Positions 35,017-44,122 of a DNA stretch of 64,000 bases are shown here, one piece after another. Every line of letters begins with the position of its first letter. Position 1 is the stretch's first letter. The DNA lies in NCBI GenBank assembly GCA_963662285.2, contig CAXXMV010000006.1, positions 1,424,284 through 1,488,283 on the forward strand, given 5' to 3'. A model generated the notes under the pieces. The model saw only the letters and a program-made list of their open reading frames with translations, was not told the origin of the DNA and searched no databases. Origin of the DNA: a bacterium. Its GTDB lineage: Bacteria; Hinthialibacterota; Hinthialibacteria; Hinthialibacterales; Hinthialibacteraceae. Position numbers and translations under genes: made by a program.

Positions 35017-35270
35017 GGGGGAATTCCTCCGAGATTATATTGTAAAAAGTTTAGATACAGTTTGTATGACTTAAGTAGAATACTCAACCCTTTATAAGGA
35101 ATATTGCCCAGTTTTTCTTTGGTGAATATTTGTATGTAAATAGATTCACCTGAATGTTTTTCGGAATGTGAATAAACGTTTTTATGTGAATCACTCTGAT
35201 GCAGATGGCGGCGAGATTCGTTTTGGAATCTCGCCGCCTGATATAATTAATCGGTATGCAGTTGATATTT

Positions 35271-36365
35271 CTATCGCTTTAATCCAAGACCTAATGTTTC
35301 TTTGCAATATTTAAGGCTTTGTTCGAGATCGAATTTTTGCTGACGTTGACTTAGTTCTTTTGATCCCTCGCCGGATGGACGTTCGGCTGGATGATCCCAG
35401 GCTTTGCCACGTTTGGCCATAGCGACGAAACGGGCGAATTCATGAGCGCGGGCTTTGGGGAAAACATCCCAGAATTCAGGAGTCAGGTATTTAAATTCGC
35501 GCGGCAGGCCGGAAATGATTTCCAGGATGAAAGGTACTTCGGGGCAGAGTTGTTTGTAGAGTTTGAGATATGCATCCCAATTAATTTGACCGTCGCCTAT
35601 GTTAGCCCAGGCGGTCATGGCGCCGTTTTCGGTTTCCCAGACTGCGTCATCGCGGATGCCGGTGGTGACTGCATAAGGTCCGAGGATTTCTAGATTGACC
35701 ATAGGATCTTCGATAGCCCAGATGGCGTTGCCGTTATCCATTGTGGCGCCTACGTAATCTTTGCCCGCTGCTTCAATGAGCATGGCCAGTTCCCAGGCTT
35801 GCATGTCGCCAGCGTGGTTTTCGATGGCGATTTTTACGCCAGCATCAATGGCTTGATTGCGAACCGCCTTGCAGGTTTTTACGGTTGCTTCAATATGGCG
35901 GTAGATGCCGCCTTCGCCCTTGCGGTCTGCTGAATGCCCCTGATAACAACGCGCCACAGGTGATCCCAGCGCTTTGGCGACGCGGATTGTTAGAGCCAGG
36001 TGCTCTTCGCTGGTTCCATATTTGGTGATGGCGCGGGATGAGGTGGGGCAGATGCCTCCCGTTCCAGCGTGAAGTTCGATGCCAAGGTCATCGGCTTGTT
36101 TTTTGACTTCACGCAGGTATTTATCTTCCAGGCTTTCGTATACATCCAGGTCGGAAAAGAGCACTACATCAACTTTAAGCGATGCGGCGTATTTAATGAT
36201 TTGGGGAGCTTTCCATCCAAAATCCCGGATGGAGAAATTATCGAAGCCCAATTTGATGTTTGATTGTTTGGCTGATGCGCTGGCCAGTAATGATGTATTC
36301 ATGGCGATGGCGCCAGTCGCTAGTGCGGTTCCTATGAATTTCCTTCTATTTATCGCATCACTCAT
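35271..36365 (-). CDS. Sugar phosphate isomerase/epimerase (xylose isomerase-like TIM barrel) with a Tat signal
   Basis: The Tat signal is NRRKFIGTALATGAIAMN. The TIM-barrel region is KIAIENHAGD...ATMDNGNA. Confidence 0.8.
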   Translation of the reverse strand: MSDAINRRKFIGTALATGAIAMNTSLLASASAKQSNIKLGFDNFSIRDFGWKAPQIIKYAASLKVDVVLFSDLDVYESLEDKYLREVKKQADDLGIELHAGTGGICPTSSRAITKYGTSEEHLALTIRVAKALGSPVARCYQGHSADRKGEGGIYRHIEATVKTCKAVRNQAIDAGVKIAIENHAGDMQAWELAMLIEAAGKDYVGATMDNGNAIWAIEDPMVNLEILGPYAVTTGIRDDAVWETENGAMTAWANIGDGQINWDAYLKLYKQLCPEVPFILEIISGLPREFKYLTPEFWDVFPKARAHEFARFVAMAKRGKAWDHPAERPSGEGSKELSQRQQKFDLEQSLKYCKETLGLGLKR

Positions 36366-36474
36366 GATATTCTCCCATTTATATTATGTGTCTTTGTAAA
36401 ATTGTTGGTTAAACTCGATAAAATAACTTATCATATTTCGCGGTAATTGGAAGATGGACTGGCGGTGGTTTGAT

Positions 36475-36604
36475 CAAGGGCTGAGCGCAATGCGCTCTTG
36501 CCCTTGGCGCCCATGCAGGTGGTTCAGGTGGGCTACGCTATCGCTTTTAGCCCACCCTACGCGTAGGCGTGTTTAATCAAAGGCAGAAAATACACTGCCC
36601 TTGG
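36475..36604 (-). repeat. Cluster of three hairpin repeats (A-type, C-type, degenerate A-type)
   Basis: The first is caagggctgagcgcaatgcgctcttgcccttgg (36475-36507). The second is ggtgggctacgctatcgcttttagcccaccctac (36527-36560). The third is caaaggcagaaaatacactgcccttgg (36578-36604). Confidence 0.85.
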
Positions 36605-36633
36605 CGCCCCCATCTGATGTCGGTTAGTTTTTG

Positions 36634-37311
36634 TTAACTCTTCGGCGACCCGACTGCCAGAATGTAAATCGGTTTTTCTTCCTTGGGGATGCCTAAAATA
36701 TCTTTGGCTTTGGGTGTGAGTACCGAGCCGTTTGGAACGCCTCCCAATCCTAGAGGGATCAATTGCAGCAGAAGGTTTTGCGCCGCGTGTCCTCCTTCGA
36801 GGTAGACATAACGCTCCGCTTCCTCTTTGTACTTGCTATAGGTGCGTTCGATGACGGCGGATATCACGAAGACGCAGGGGGCGTCATAAGCCGAATTGGT
36901 AGATAATCCTTCTTTGGAGAGAGCATTCCAAACATTACCTGACTGCACTTGAACTGCTGCGTGTTCATCCGGCAGGTAATGATAAACTCCATCCGCTACG
37001 ATGTAATAGATTTCCAAGGGATACGTCCCTCCTGCTGATGGCGCGGTGCGGTGTTGGTTGGCGGTGCGGTTGACTCCCTGGGCGGCCCATAGCAGTTGGC
37101 CGATTTGTTTTGTGGTGAGAACTTTATCAGAGAATGCGCGTGTTGATTTACGTTGCCATAAGGTCTCTTCGAGTGAAAGGTTGCCTTGTTTTTCCACTTT
37201 AGGGAACATGATTTTCTTCGGAGTTGGTTTTTGCGCTATGGCTGTGGATGTTACCAATCCGAGTAGAACTAAAAAAGAAAGAAGTTTGCCTGCGTATGAT
37301 AGACTTATCAT
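36634..37311 (-). CDS. SagB/ThcOx-type nitroreductase-family protein with an N-terminal signal/TM segment
   Basis: The motifs are RKSTRAFSDKVLTTKQIGQLLWAAQGV, RTAPSAGGTYPLEIY and EGGHAAQNLLLQ. I prefer the start at MISLSY (ATG 37311-37309), which overlaps the upstream stop as TAATG. The track ORF extends to 37338. Confidence 0.78.
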   Translation of the reverse strand: MISLSYAGKLLSFLVLLGLVTSTAIAQKPTPKKIMFPKVEKQGNLSLEETLWQRKSTRAFSDKVLTTKQIGQLLWAAQGVNRTANQHRTAPSAGGTYPLEIYYIVADGVYHYLPDEHAAVQVQSGNVWNALSKEGLSTNSAYDAPCVFVISAVIERTYSKYKEEAERYVYLEGGHAAQNLLLQLIPLGLGGVPNGSVLTPKAKDILGIPKEEKPIYILAVGSPKS

Positions 37312-38477
37312 TATTGTTTCTCCTGTTTTATGATGCAATCCATCAGAGGATTGAATAAGTATTCTTCCATGCCGCCCCAGAAACTATCTTTTTGCATTAA
37401 GCCGCCCACGCGGACGGCTATCAGGTCGAGACTGGGGATTACCAGTAAAACCTGATTACCGGCGCCTGCGCCCATGAAGGCGTCGCGGGGGAGTTTGGCA
37501 ATTACGCCATCTGAGTTAACCCACCAGGCCAGACCTGCGCGGGGGCAGGGGCCTTCGCCGGGGCCGCGGTATGGATCAGGCGTTCCGGCGTCGGAGGTGA
37601 CTAATTCGACTGTTTCGGGATCGAGGATTTGCTTATCCCGCCATTTGCCTTTGCGCAGCATCAACCGGCCTACGCGGGCTACGGCGCGAGCGGTGTAGGC
37701 GCCGCCGCCCCAATTGGCGACCAGCGGAAAACCATCAACGGTGTATGTTGCGTCATAACCGCACGACCATTCGGAATCGTCCACTCCGATGGGACGCATT
37801 ACCCGTTCGCGTAATAGAGTTCTGATGTCATGGTGCGGAGAATCTTTTAGGGCAACGGTCACGGCGTATGAGAGCAGCGCCATACCGGGGTTGCTGTATT
37901 CGAATGAGGTTCCCGGTTTGAATTTCATCGGCGCCCAATCGCGTGATATGGAGAAAGGATCGGGTTGTTTTTTCCAGAAGCGGGTTTTCCAGCCGCTGGA
38001 TTCGAAATGCCCCATATCTTTGACTTCGGCGTCTTCCACGCCTGATGAGTGGGTCGCCAAATGACGGATAGTGATTCCCGCGCGGGTGGGATCATCGCGC
38101 CATTGTTTGATATATTTATCTGCGGGATCATCAATATCAATCAGACCATCCTGCAACGCGAGCAGAAGAGACATGCCGCCCACCAGGGCTTTGGCCATTG
38201 ATGCGGTGTAGTGTTTTTTGTCAGGGGCGAGTTTAGGTGAATACCACTCGCAGACAACCCGGTCGCCTCGAACAATGAAGAGTCCGGCGGTGGAATGCTC
38301 TTTTAATCCGACGAGCATCTGTTCCACTTTTGCACCGGACATGCCTTGTTCATGCGGCGTGGACTTGCGCCATTGGAATTGATGTTGTGATTGGCTCAAT
38401 ACAGGATTCAATAGCAAGCCAATCATGAATATGATCAACATGATTGGTTTGGTTGTATGGAAAGTTAGGTAACGCAT
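37311..38477 (-). CDS. Serine hydrolase (beta-lactamase/class C-like family), secreted
   Basis: The SxxK motif is in YTASMAKALVG. YSN is also present, along with a signal/TM N-terminus. Confidence 0.8.
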   Translation of the reverse strand: MRYLTFHTTKPIMLIIFMIGLLLNPVLSQSQHQFQWRKSTPHEQGMSGAKVEQMLVGLKEHSTAGLFIVRGDRVVCEWYSPKLAPDKKHYTASMAKALVGGMSLLLALQDGLIDIDDPADKYIKQWRDDPTRAGITIRHLATHSSGVEDAEVKDMGHFESSGWKTRFWKKQPDPFSISRDWAPMKFKPGTSFEYSNPGMALLSYAVTVALKDSPHHDIRTLLRERVMRPIGVDDSEWSCGYDATYTVDGFPLVANWGGGAYTARAVARVGRLMLRKGKWRDKQILDPETVELVTSDAGTPDPYRGPGEGPCPRAGLAWWVNSDGVIAKLPRDAFMGAGAGNQVLLVIPSLDLIAVRVGGLMQKDSFWGGMEEYLFNPLMDCIIKQEKQ

Positions 38478-38497
38478 GTTATCACCTATGAATCATT

Positions 38498-39664
38498 CTA
38501 GAGTGAAAGTTTGGCATCCAGTTTTTCATTATCGGATAGCATTTCTTTCCAGGTATATTCTTTGCCCTGGTAAGCGGCGTTTCGTCCCATGATGGCGGTC
38601 AGAGTTGATTCGACTCCCTGCGCCGATTCGTTGATGTATTCTTTACTGACTACGCTATCGTAGAACGCTTTTACCTTGAGCGCTTCTGGATTCTCTTCTT
38701 CACCTTTATATGACCATTCGTTTTCGCCGCGTATTTTGGCTGGTCCACTCAGTGAATCAAGGGCGCCTTTGGGGCCATTGAAGCGTTCACCCGCATCTCC
38801 CCAGCCCAGTTTGAGGAATTGAGTTGATGCGAAGACGATCTCTGCGCCATTGGGATACCAGAATGTTACGCCGTAATGATCCCATGTATCGCCGACGGCG
38901 GTGCGTATTTTTCGTCCTCCGGTTCCATAGGCTTTCACTGGATGAGCATCCATTACCCAATTGCATACATCAATGACGTGGATATTCTGTTCGACCAGAA
39001 TATCGCCGGATAGCACTATGTCAAACACCCAGTTGCGAATGCGTTTTTCCTGTTCGGACATCCCCGGTTTATGTTTGGGACTGAGCCAGCCGGAATGGTA
39101 GTGGGCTTGACCGCAAGCGATTTCTCCGATGGCGCCTTGATGGACCCGTTTGACGGTTTCTTGCAGATCAGGGCGGAAACGGGATTGAAAACCGACCATG
39201 ACCGTACATTTTCCATTAGCTTTCTTTCCCGCCTGGAGTACGCGGTCGGCGCCGGGGGCGTCAATCGAAACCGGTTTCTCTAGATAGACATTTTTCTGCG
39301 CAGCCATCGCCGCTTCAAAATGCTGTGGATGAAAGTAGGGCGGGCTGGTAATGATGACACTATCCACATCGGTGGATAGTAGTTTTTCATAGGCGCCGAA
39401 ACCCTGAAAGGTTTTGGGTTTACTGTCTGGAAATCTGCTTTTAGTAGAATCAAGCCGGTCTTGATAAGGATCGGCCAGCGCGGTGATGCGGCTGTTGCCA
39501 TATTTCGTGAAATTATCCGCATCATGATTGCCTCTTCCGCCGCATCCGATGACGCCCACGGACATCGCTGAGTTCGCTTTTGAACCAAGAGCGGCTTGTG
39601 ATGTCATGACGGTGAACGCTGTTGCTGATGTATGAATGAATTTACGTCGGGTTACATTATTCAT
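38498..39664 (-). CDS. Gfo/Idh/MocA family oxidoreductase with a Tat signal
   Basis: The Tat signal is TRRKFIHTSATAFTV. The Rossmann motif is VGVIGCGGRGN, and EKP is present. I prefer the start at MNNVTRRKF (39664), downstream of GGAGAA. Confidence 0.85.
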   Translation of the reverse strand: MNNVTRRKFIHTSATAFTVMTSQAALGSKANSAMSVGVIGCGGRGNHDADNFTKYGNSRITALADPYQDRLDSTKSRFPDSKPKTFQGFGAYEKLLSTDVDSVIITSPPYFHPQHFEAAMAAQKNVYLEKPVSIDAPGADRVLQAGKKANGKCTVMVGFQSRFRPDLQETVKRVHQGAIGEIACGQAHYHSGWLSPKHKPGMSEQEKRIRNWVFDIVLSGDILVEQNIHVIDVCNWVMDAHPVKAYGTGGRKIRTAVGDTWDHYGVTFWYPNGAEIVFASTQFLKLGWGDAGERFNGPKGALDSLSGPAKIRGENEWSYKGEEENPEALKVKAFYDSVVSKEYINESAQGVESTLTAIMGRNAAYQGKEYTWKEMLSDNEKLDAKLSL

Positions 39665-39972
39665 TATAGTTCTCCTTTTTTCGTGAATCAGATTGCTTGG
39701 CATAATAACATTTACTTTCGCGTTTCGACGAATCCAGTAAAGATTGGTTTTGTAGAAGACTAAAGTCAATAATTAACGAACATCATTTAGATAACTGTTA
39801 TAACTTAACAAAGAACTACTAGGAAGTTGAGAGGAGTGAAATGTTGCGATACAATTATTTTTTTTTTGATGATTCCTGATCAATCATGCTTCATCTTTCT
39901 ATACAGAAATTAGATATCTGTGTCATACTGTAGATACATAAGTTTCTGATACTGGTCTGGAGGAGTGGGGTA

Positions 39973-41295
39973 ATGCATAGAACAAAGAGCATTTCGCGGC
40001 GTAATTTTTTGGGCGGCTTTGTTGCAGCGGGCGGAGTTTTAGCGGCGCCGTATATAATTCCAGCATCGGCCTTGGGTAAAGAAGGCGCATCGGCGCCTAG
40101 TGAACGCATTACGCTTGGGATAATAGGAACCGGCAGTCATGGGGTGAGCCGTAATATAAAACGGTTTCTTCCCGAACCGGACGCCCAGATCGTGGCGGTA
40201 TGCGATGTTGACCGCCAACGGCGCGTTGACGCTAAAAAATTGATTGAAGACCGTTATGCCGAAAAGTTTGAGGGAACTTATAAGGGCTGCGATGATTATA
40301 ACGATTTCCGCGATATTATTGCGCGGGATGATATCGATGCGGTGATGGTGGCCACGCCGGATCATTGGCATGTTATCCCGTCAGTGATGGCCGCACGGGC
40401 GGGCAAGGATGTGATGTGTGAGAAGCCGCTGTCTCTCACCATTCTCGAAGGCCGCATCCTCAGCGACGCCATCAAAACACATAACCGCGTCTTTCAGACT
40501 GCCACGGAAAATCGTTCGGACGTTAATTATCACCGCATGATTGAGTTGGTGCGTAATGGCCGCATCGGAAAATTGCATACTATCCGGGTGGATTTACCGA
40601 GTGGTTTTTCTGTCCAGGAACAGAGTTATGAAGTATGCCAGCCTCCAGACGGTTTTGATTATAATATGTGGCTGGGGCAGGCGCCTGAGGCGCCTTATTG
40701 TCCAGCCCGGATTCATTGGAATTTCCGTTGGATTCTTGATTACTCAGGCGGGATGCTGACAGACTGGGGCGCTCATATGATCGATCTGGCGCAGTGGGGT
40801 AATGATTCAGAATATACTGGGCCGATTGAGGTTGAAGGTAAAGGTGAATTTCCCAAAGAAGGTTTGTATAACACTGCGACCAAGTTCCGTATTGAATGCA
40901 AATTCGCCAATGACGTTAAGATGATCATTCGATCCAAATCTCCAGCCCTGCGGTTTGAAGGGACTGAAGGATGGATTGCCAACGATGGCTGGCGGGCGGA
41001 ATTGAAAGCCAGCGATCCCAAAATACTGGAAGAAAAAATCGGTGCTGATGAATTGAAATTGTATACCTGTCCTGAAGGCGAACAGCGCAATTTTCTGGAC
41101 TGTGTGAAATCCCGTGAGTTATGTTACGCTCCAGTTGAGGTTGGCCACCGTACTATCACTATCGCTCACCTGGGGAATATTTCTATGGTGCTGGGACGCA
41201 AGTTGCGTTGGAATCCTGATATAGAAAAGTTTATTAACGATCCGGTGGCTGATTGGCTGCTGTCCCGGCCCATGCGCGAACCCTGGACGTTATAA
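39973..41295 (+). CDS. Gfo/Idh/MocA family oxidoreductase with a Tat signal (paralog 1)
   Basis: The motifs are SRRNFLGGFVAAG, LGIIGTGSHG, CEKPLS and ELVRNGRIGKLHT. Confidence 0.87.
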   Translation: MHRTKSISRRNFLGGFVAAGGVLAAPYIIPASALGKEGASAPSERITLGIIGTGSHGVSRNIKRFLPEPDAQIVAVCDVDRQRRVDAKKLIEDRYAEKFEGTYKGCDDYNDFRDIIARDDIDAVMVATPDHWHVIPSVMAARAGKDVMCEKPLSLTILEGRILSDAIKTHNRVFQTATENRSDVNYHRMIELVRNGRIGKLHTIRVDLPSGFSVQEQSYEVCQPPDGFDYNMWLGQAPEAPYCPARIHWNFRWILDYSGGMLTDWGAHMIDLAQWGNDSEYTGPIEVEGKGEFPKEGLYNTATKFRIECKFANDVKMIIRSKSPALRFEGTEGWIANDGWRAELKASDPKILEEKIGADELKLYTCPEGEQRNFLDCVKSRELCYAPVEVGHRTITIAHLGNISMVLGRKLRWNPDIEKFINDPVADWLLSRPMREPWTL

Positions 41296-41352
41296 GAATA
41301 AATTGAGTAAAGAAGCAATTATATTTGAAAGAAATTAATTGAGGAGAAAGTG

Positions 41353-42360
41353 ATGGAAATGAAAAAGTTATTTATACGGGGATTGCTGATGACTGGTTTT
41401 TTGGGATTGGCGTTGACCTCTTTGGCGGCGGGCGACCTATGGGTTGAATATGAAGGCAAGGTAGGCATTGGCCAAGGCAAGCATATTGTTTTTGTGACCG
41501 GCGATGAAGAATACCGTTCAGAAGAATCCATGCCGCAGTTAGCCAGAATCCTGGCTAAACATCATGGATTCAAATGTACCGTGTTATTCGCTATTGATCC
41601 TAAGGATGGATCGATTGAACCCAATCAGAGTTCAAACATTCCCGGTTTGGAAATGTTGAAAGACGCCGATCTGATGGTTATCTTCACCCGCTTCCGCGAC
41701 TTGCCGGACGATCAGATGATTCATATTCTCGATTATATTAATTCCGGTAAACCCATTATTGGACTCCGTACGGCGACTCATGCCTTCAACTTCAATCAGA
41801 ACAAAACTTACGCCAAGTACAGTTACAATAACAAGAGTGAAGATTGTAAGGGTGGATTCGGCCGTCAGGTTTTGGGCGAAACCTGGATCAATCATTACGG
41901 CAATCATCAGAAAGAGAGCACGCGCGGTTTGATTGCAGAGGGCGCTGAAGGTTCACCGATCGTCAAAGGGTGCGACGATATCTGGGGTCCATCGGATGTA
42001 TATGGCATTACTACGCTGCATGGCGACAGTAAACCAATAATTATGGGTCAGGTTCTGGTGGGGATGAATCCCGATGATAAACCTAATGACGAAAAGAAAG
42101 CCATTCCAGTAGCATGGACCAAGACATTTACTGGAGATAAAGGGAAAATTTCCCGCGTCTTTACCACAACCATGGGGCATAGCGGCGATTTGCAAAGCGA
42201 AGGATTCCGCCGTTTGTTAGTGAATGCATGCTTATGGGGATTGGGGATGGAGGATAAAATCCCTGACAATGCTAATGTCGAGTTGGTTGGGAAATATGAT
42301 CCCAGTCCAATCGGTTTCAACAAAGCTAAAAAAGGCGTTAAACCTTCAGACCATAAATAG
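41353..42360 (+). CDS. Secreted ThuA-like (class I glutamine amidotransferase-like fold) protein; the family call is tentative
   Basis: The protein has a signal peptide. The region HIVFVTGDEEYRSEESMPQLARILA...ADLMVIFTRF...SGKPIIGLRTATHAF fits the ThuA-like layout. It sits between two Gfo/Idh/MocA genes, which is a common context for this family. Confidence 0.5.
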   Translation: MEMKKLFIRGLLMTGFLGLALTSLAAGDLWVEYEGKVGIGQGKHIVFVTGDEEYRSEESMPQLARILAKHHGFKCTVLFAIDPKDGSIEPNQSSNIPGLEMLKDADLMVIFTRFRDLPDDQMIHILDYINSGKPIIGLRTATHAFNFNQNKTYAKYSYNNKSEDCKGGFGRQVLGETWINHYGNHQKESTRGLIAEGAEGSPIVKGCDDIWGPSDVYGITTLHGDSKPIIMGQVLVGMNPDDKPNDEKKAIPVAWTKTFTGDKGKISRVFTTTMGHSGDLQSEGFRRLLVNACLWGLGMEDKIPDNANVELVGKYDPSPIGFNKAKKGVKPSDHK

Positions 42361-42373
42361 AGGATTATAAATA

Positions 42374-43696
42374 ATGAAAAAAACAAATCACTTACGCAGA
42401 AATTTCTTGAAGGGCGCTTTGGCGGCAGCTGTAGCTCCCTCTTTTGTGCCTTCTACCGTGTTTGGCGCAACCGCTCCCAGCAATAAATTCACTATGGGAT
42501 TTCTCGGTACAGGCAACAACGGTACTAACTGGCTGAGGGGATTCCTAAAAGATGAACGGGTGCGCGTCATAGCAGTGTGCGACGTTAATCGCGAAGGCCC
42601 TGGTTACTGGGATAATTCAATACGCGGACGGGATGTCGCCAAGCGCATCGTGGATGAGCATTACGGGGGCGTTGGTTGCGGCTCTTATGAAGATTTCCGT
42701 GATGTGATCGCGCGGGATGATATTGATGGAATCTATATCGGGACGCCGGATCATTGGCATGCCATCATGGCTATTGCTGCGGCGAATGCAGGAAAGGATG
42801 TCTATGGTCAGAAGCCGCTTTCGCTGACTATCGCCGAAGGACGCGCTATGTCCAACGCCATCCAACGTAATGGGGTCGTCTGGCAGACGGGAAGCCAGCA
42901 GCGCTCTGATTCCAATTTCCGCCGCGCCTGTGAATTGGTGCGTAATGGCCGCATCGGAAAATTGCATACTGTTCGTTGTGGATTGCCGGGAGGCATGCCG
43001 GATTATGGTCATACTGCGAATCTGACTGATCCTGCGCAGGTTCCCAAAGGATTCAATTATGATATGTGGCTTGGACCATCGGAAGAAGAATATTATTGCC
43101 CGGCTCGCGTTGGAGTCAATTTCCGGTGGAATCTAAATCATTCCGGCGGCCAACTGACTGACTGGGGCGGCCATCATCCCGATATCGCCCAGTGGGGCAT
43201 GGATACGGAATATACCGGACCAGTCGCTATCAAGAATCCCAAGGCCAAATGGGCGGAGCATCCTGTTTATAACACTGCTACGGAATACTATTTCGAATGC
43301 GAATACAAAAACGGCCTGAAATTGATTATTTCCGATAAGGAAAAAGGCGGCGTAACATTTGAAGGATCGGACGGCTGGGTTTGGGCTAACCGGGGAAATC
43401 ATAAAGCCAGTTCTAAAGAAATTCTTGAATCGAAGATTGAGGATAACGAGATTCATTTGTATGAAAGCGATGATCATATCACTAACTTCGTCGATTGCGT
43501 CTTCTCACGCAAAGAGACCATTGCGCCGGTAGAGGTAGCCCACCGTTCTATCTCTCTGGCTCATCTTGGCAATATCGCCATGATTCTGGGACGTGATATA
43601 AAATGGGACCCGGAAAAAGAGAAGATAATTGGAGATGGCGGAGCGAATTTCTTGTTGAAGCGGGCTTACCGCGCTCCCTGGGTTTTGGAAGCATAA
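42374..43696 (+). CDS. Gfo/Idh/MocA family oxidoreductase with a Tat signal (paralog 2)
   Basis: The motifs are LRRNFLKGALAAAVAPS, MGFLGTGNNG, GQKPLS and ELVRNGRIGKLHT. Confidence 0.87.
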   Translation: MKKTNHLRRNFLKGALAAAVAPSFVPSTVFGATAPSNKFTMGFLGTGNNGTNWLRGFLKDERVRVIAVCDVNREGPGYWDNSIRGRDVAKRIVDEHYGGVGCGSYEDFRDVIARDDIDGIYIGTPDHWHAIMAIAAANAGKDVYGQKPLSLTIAEGRAMSNAIQRNGVVWQTGSQQRSDSNFRRACELVRNGRIGKLHTVRCGLPGGMPDYGHTANLTDPAQVPKGFNYDMWLGPSEEEYYCPARVGVNFRWNLNHSGGQLTDWGGHHPDIAQWGMDTEYTGPVAIKNPKAKWAEHPVYNTATEYYFECEYKNGLKLIISDKEKGGVTFEGSDGWVWANRGNHKASSKEILESKIEDNEIHLYESDDHITNFVDCVFSRKETIAPVEVAHRSISLAHLGNIAMILGRDIKWDPEKEKIIGDGGANFLLKRAYRAPWVLEA

Positions 43697-43744
43697 TTTT
43701 TGTTGTTTATCTATAAACGGCAAGTAAAATGCTACTGAATTAAT

Positions 43745-43774
43745 CTCAAGCCCCTGATTTTTTAGGGGCTTGAG
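43745..43774 (+). terminator. Hairpin terminator candidate after the Gfo/ThuA/Gfo operon
   Basis: The sequence is ctcaagcccct-gatttttt-aggggcttgag, an 11-bp perfect stem. The trailing T-tract is weak. Confidence 0.5.
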
Positions 43775-44122
43775 TTATAATGTTATACATAGAAACAAAC
43801 TGCCGGATAGAACAACGCGTGTAATAATCTATTATCTATGTTTAGATCAAGATAATATGCGTAACGTTGAGGCGAACAGAAAGCCTCCTTGATATATTGC
43901 AGATTCTTTCCAGGAATAGTAGATAGAATTATTATCAATTAAACTTCGTTCATTGAATTATGTTTTTTTCTTATTAATTCTAATATGCAAAATTTTTTCA
44001 TGATTTTGTTTGCTGCTATCTCCTTTATTATTACTTTCAACATTGAATGGTCTTGGATGGATGTGTTTATTTGTTACTAAGACTGACTGATAAACTCTTG
44101 TTTTATGGAATTGAGGTGAATT

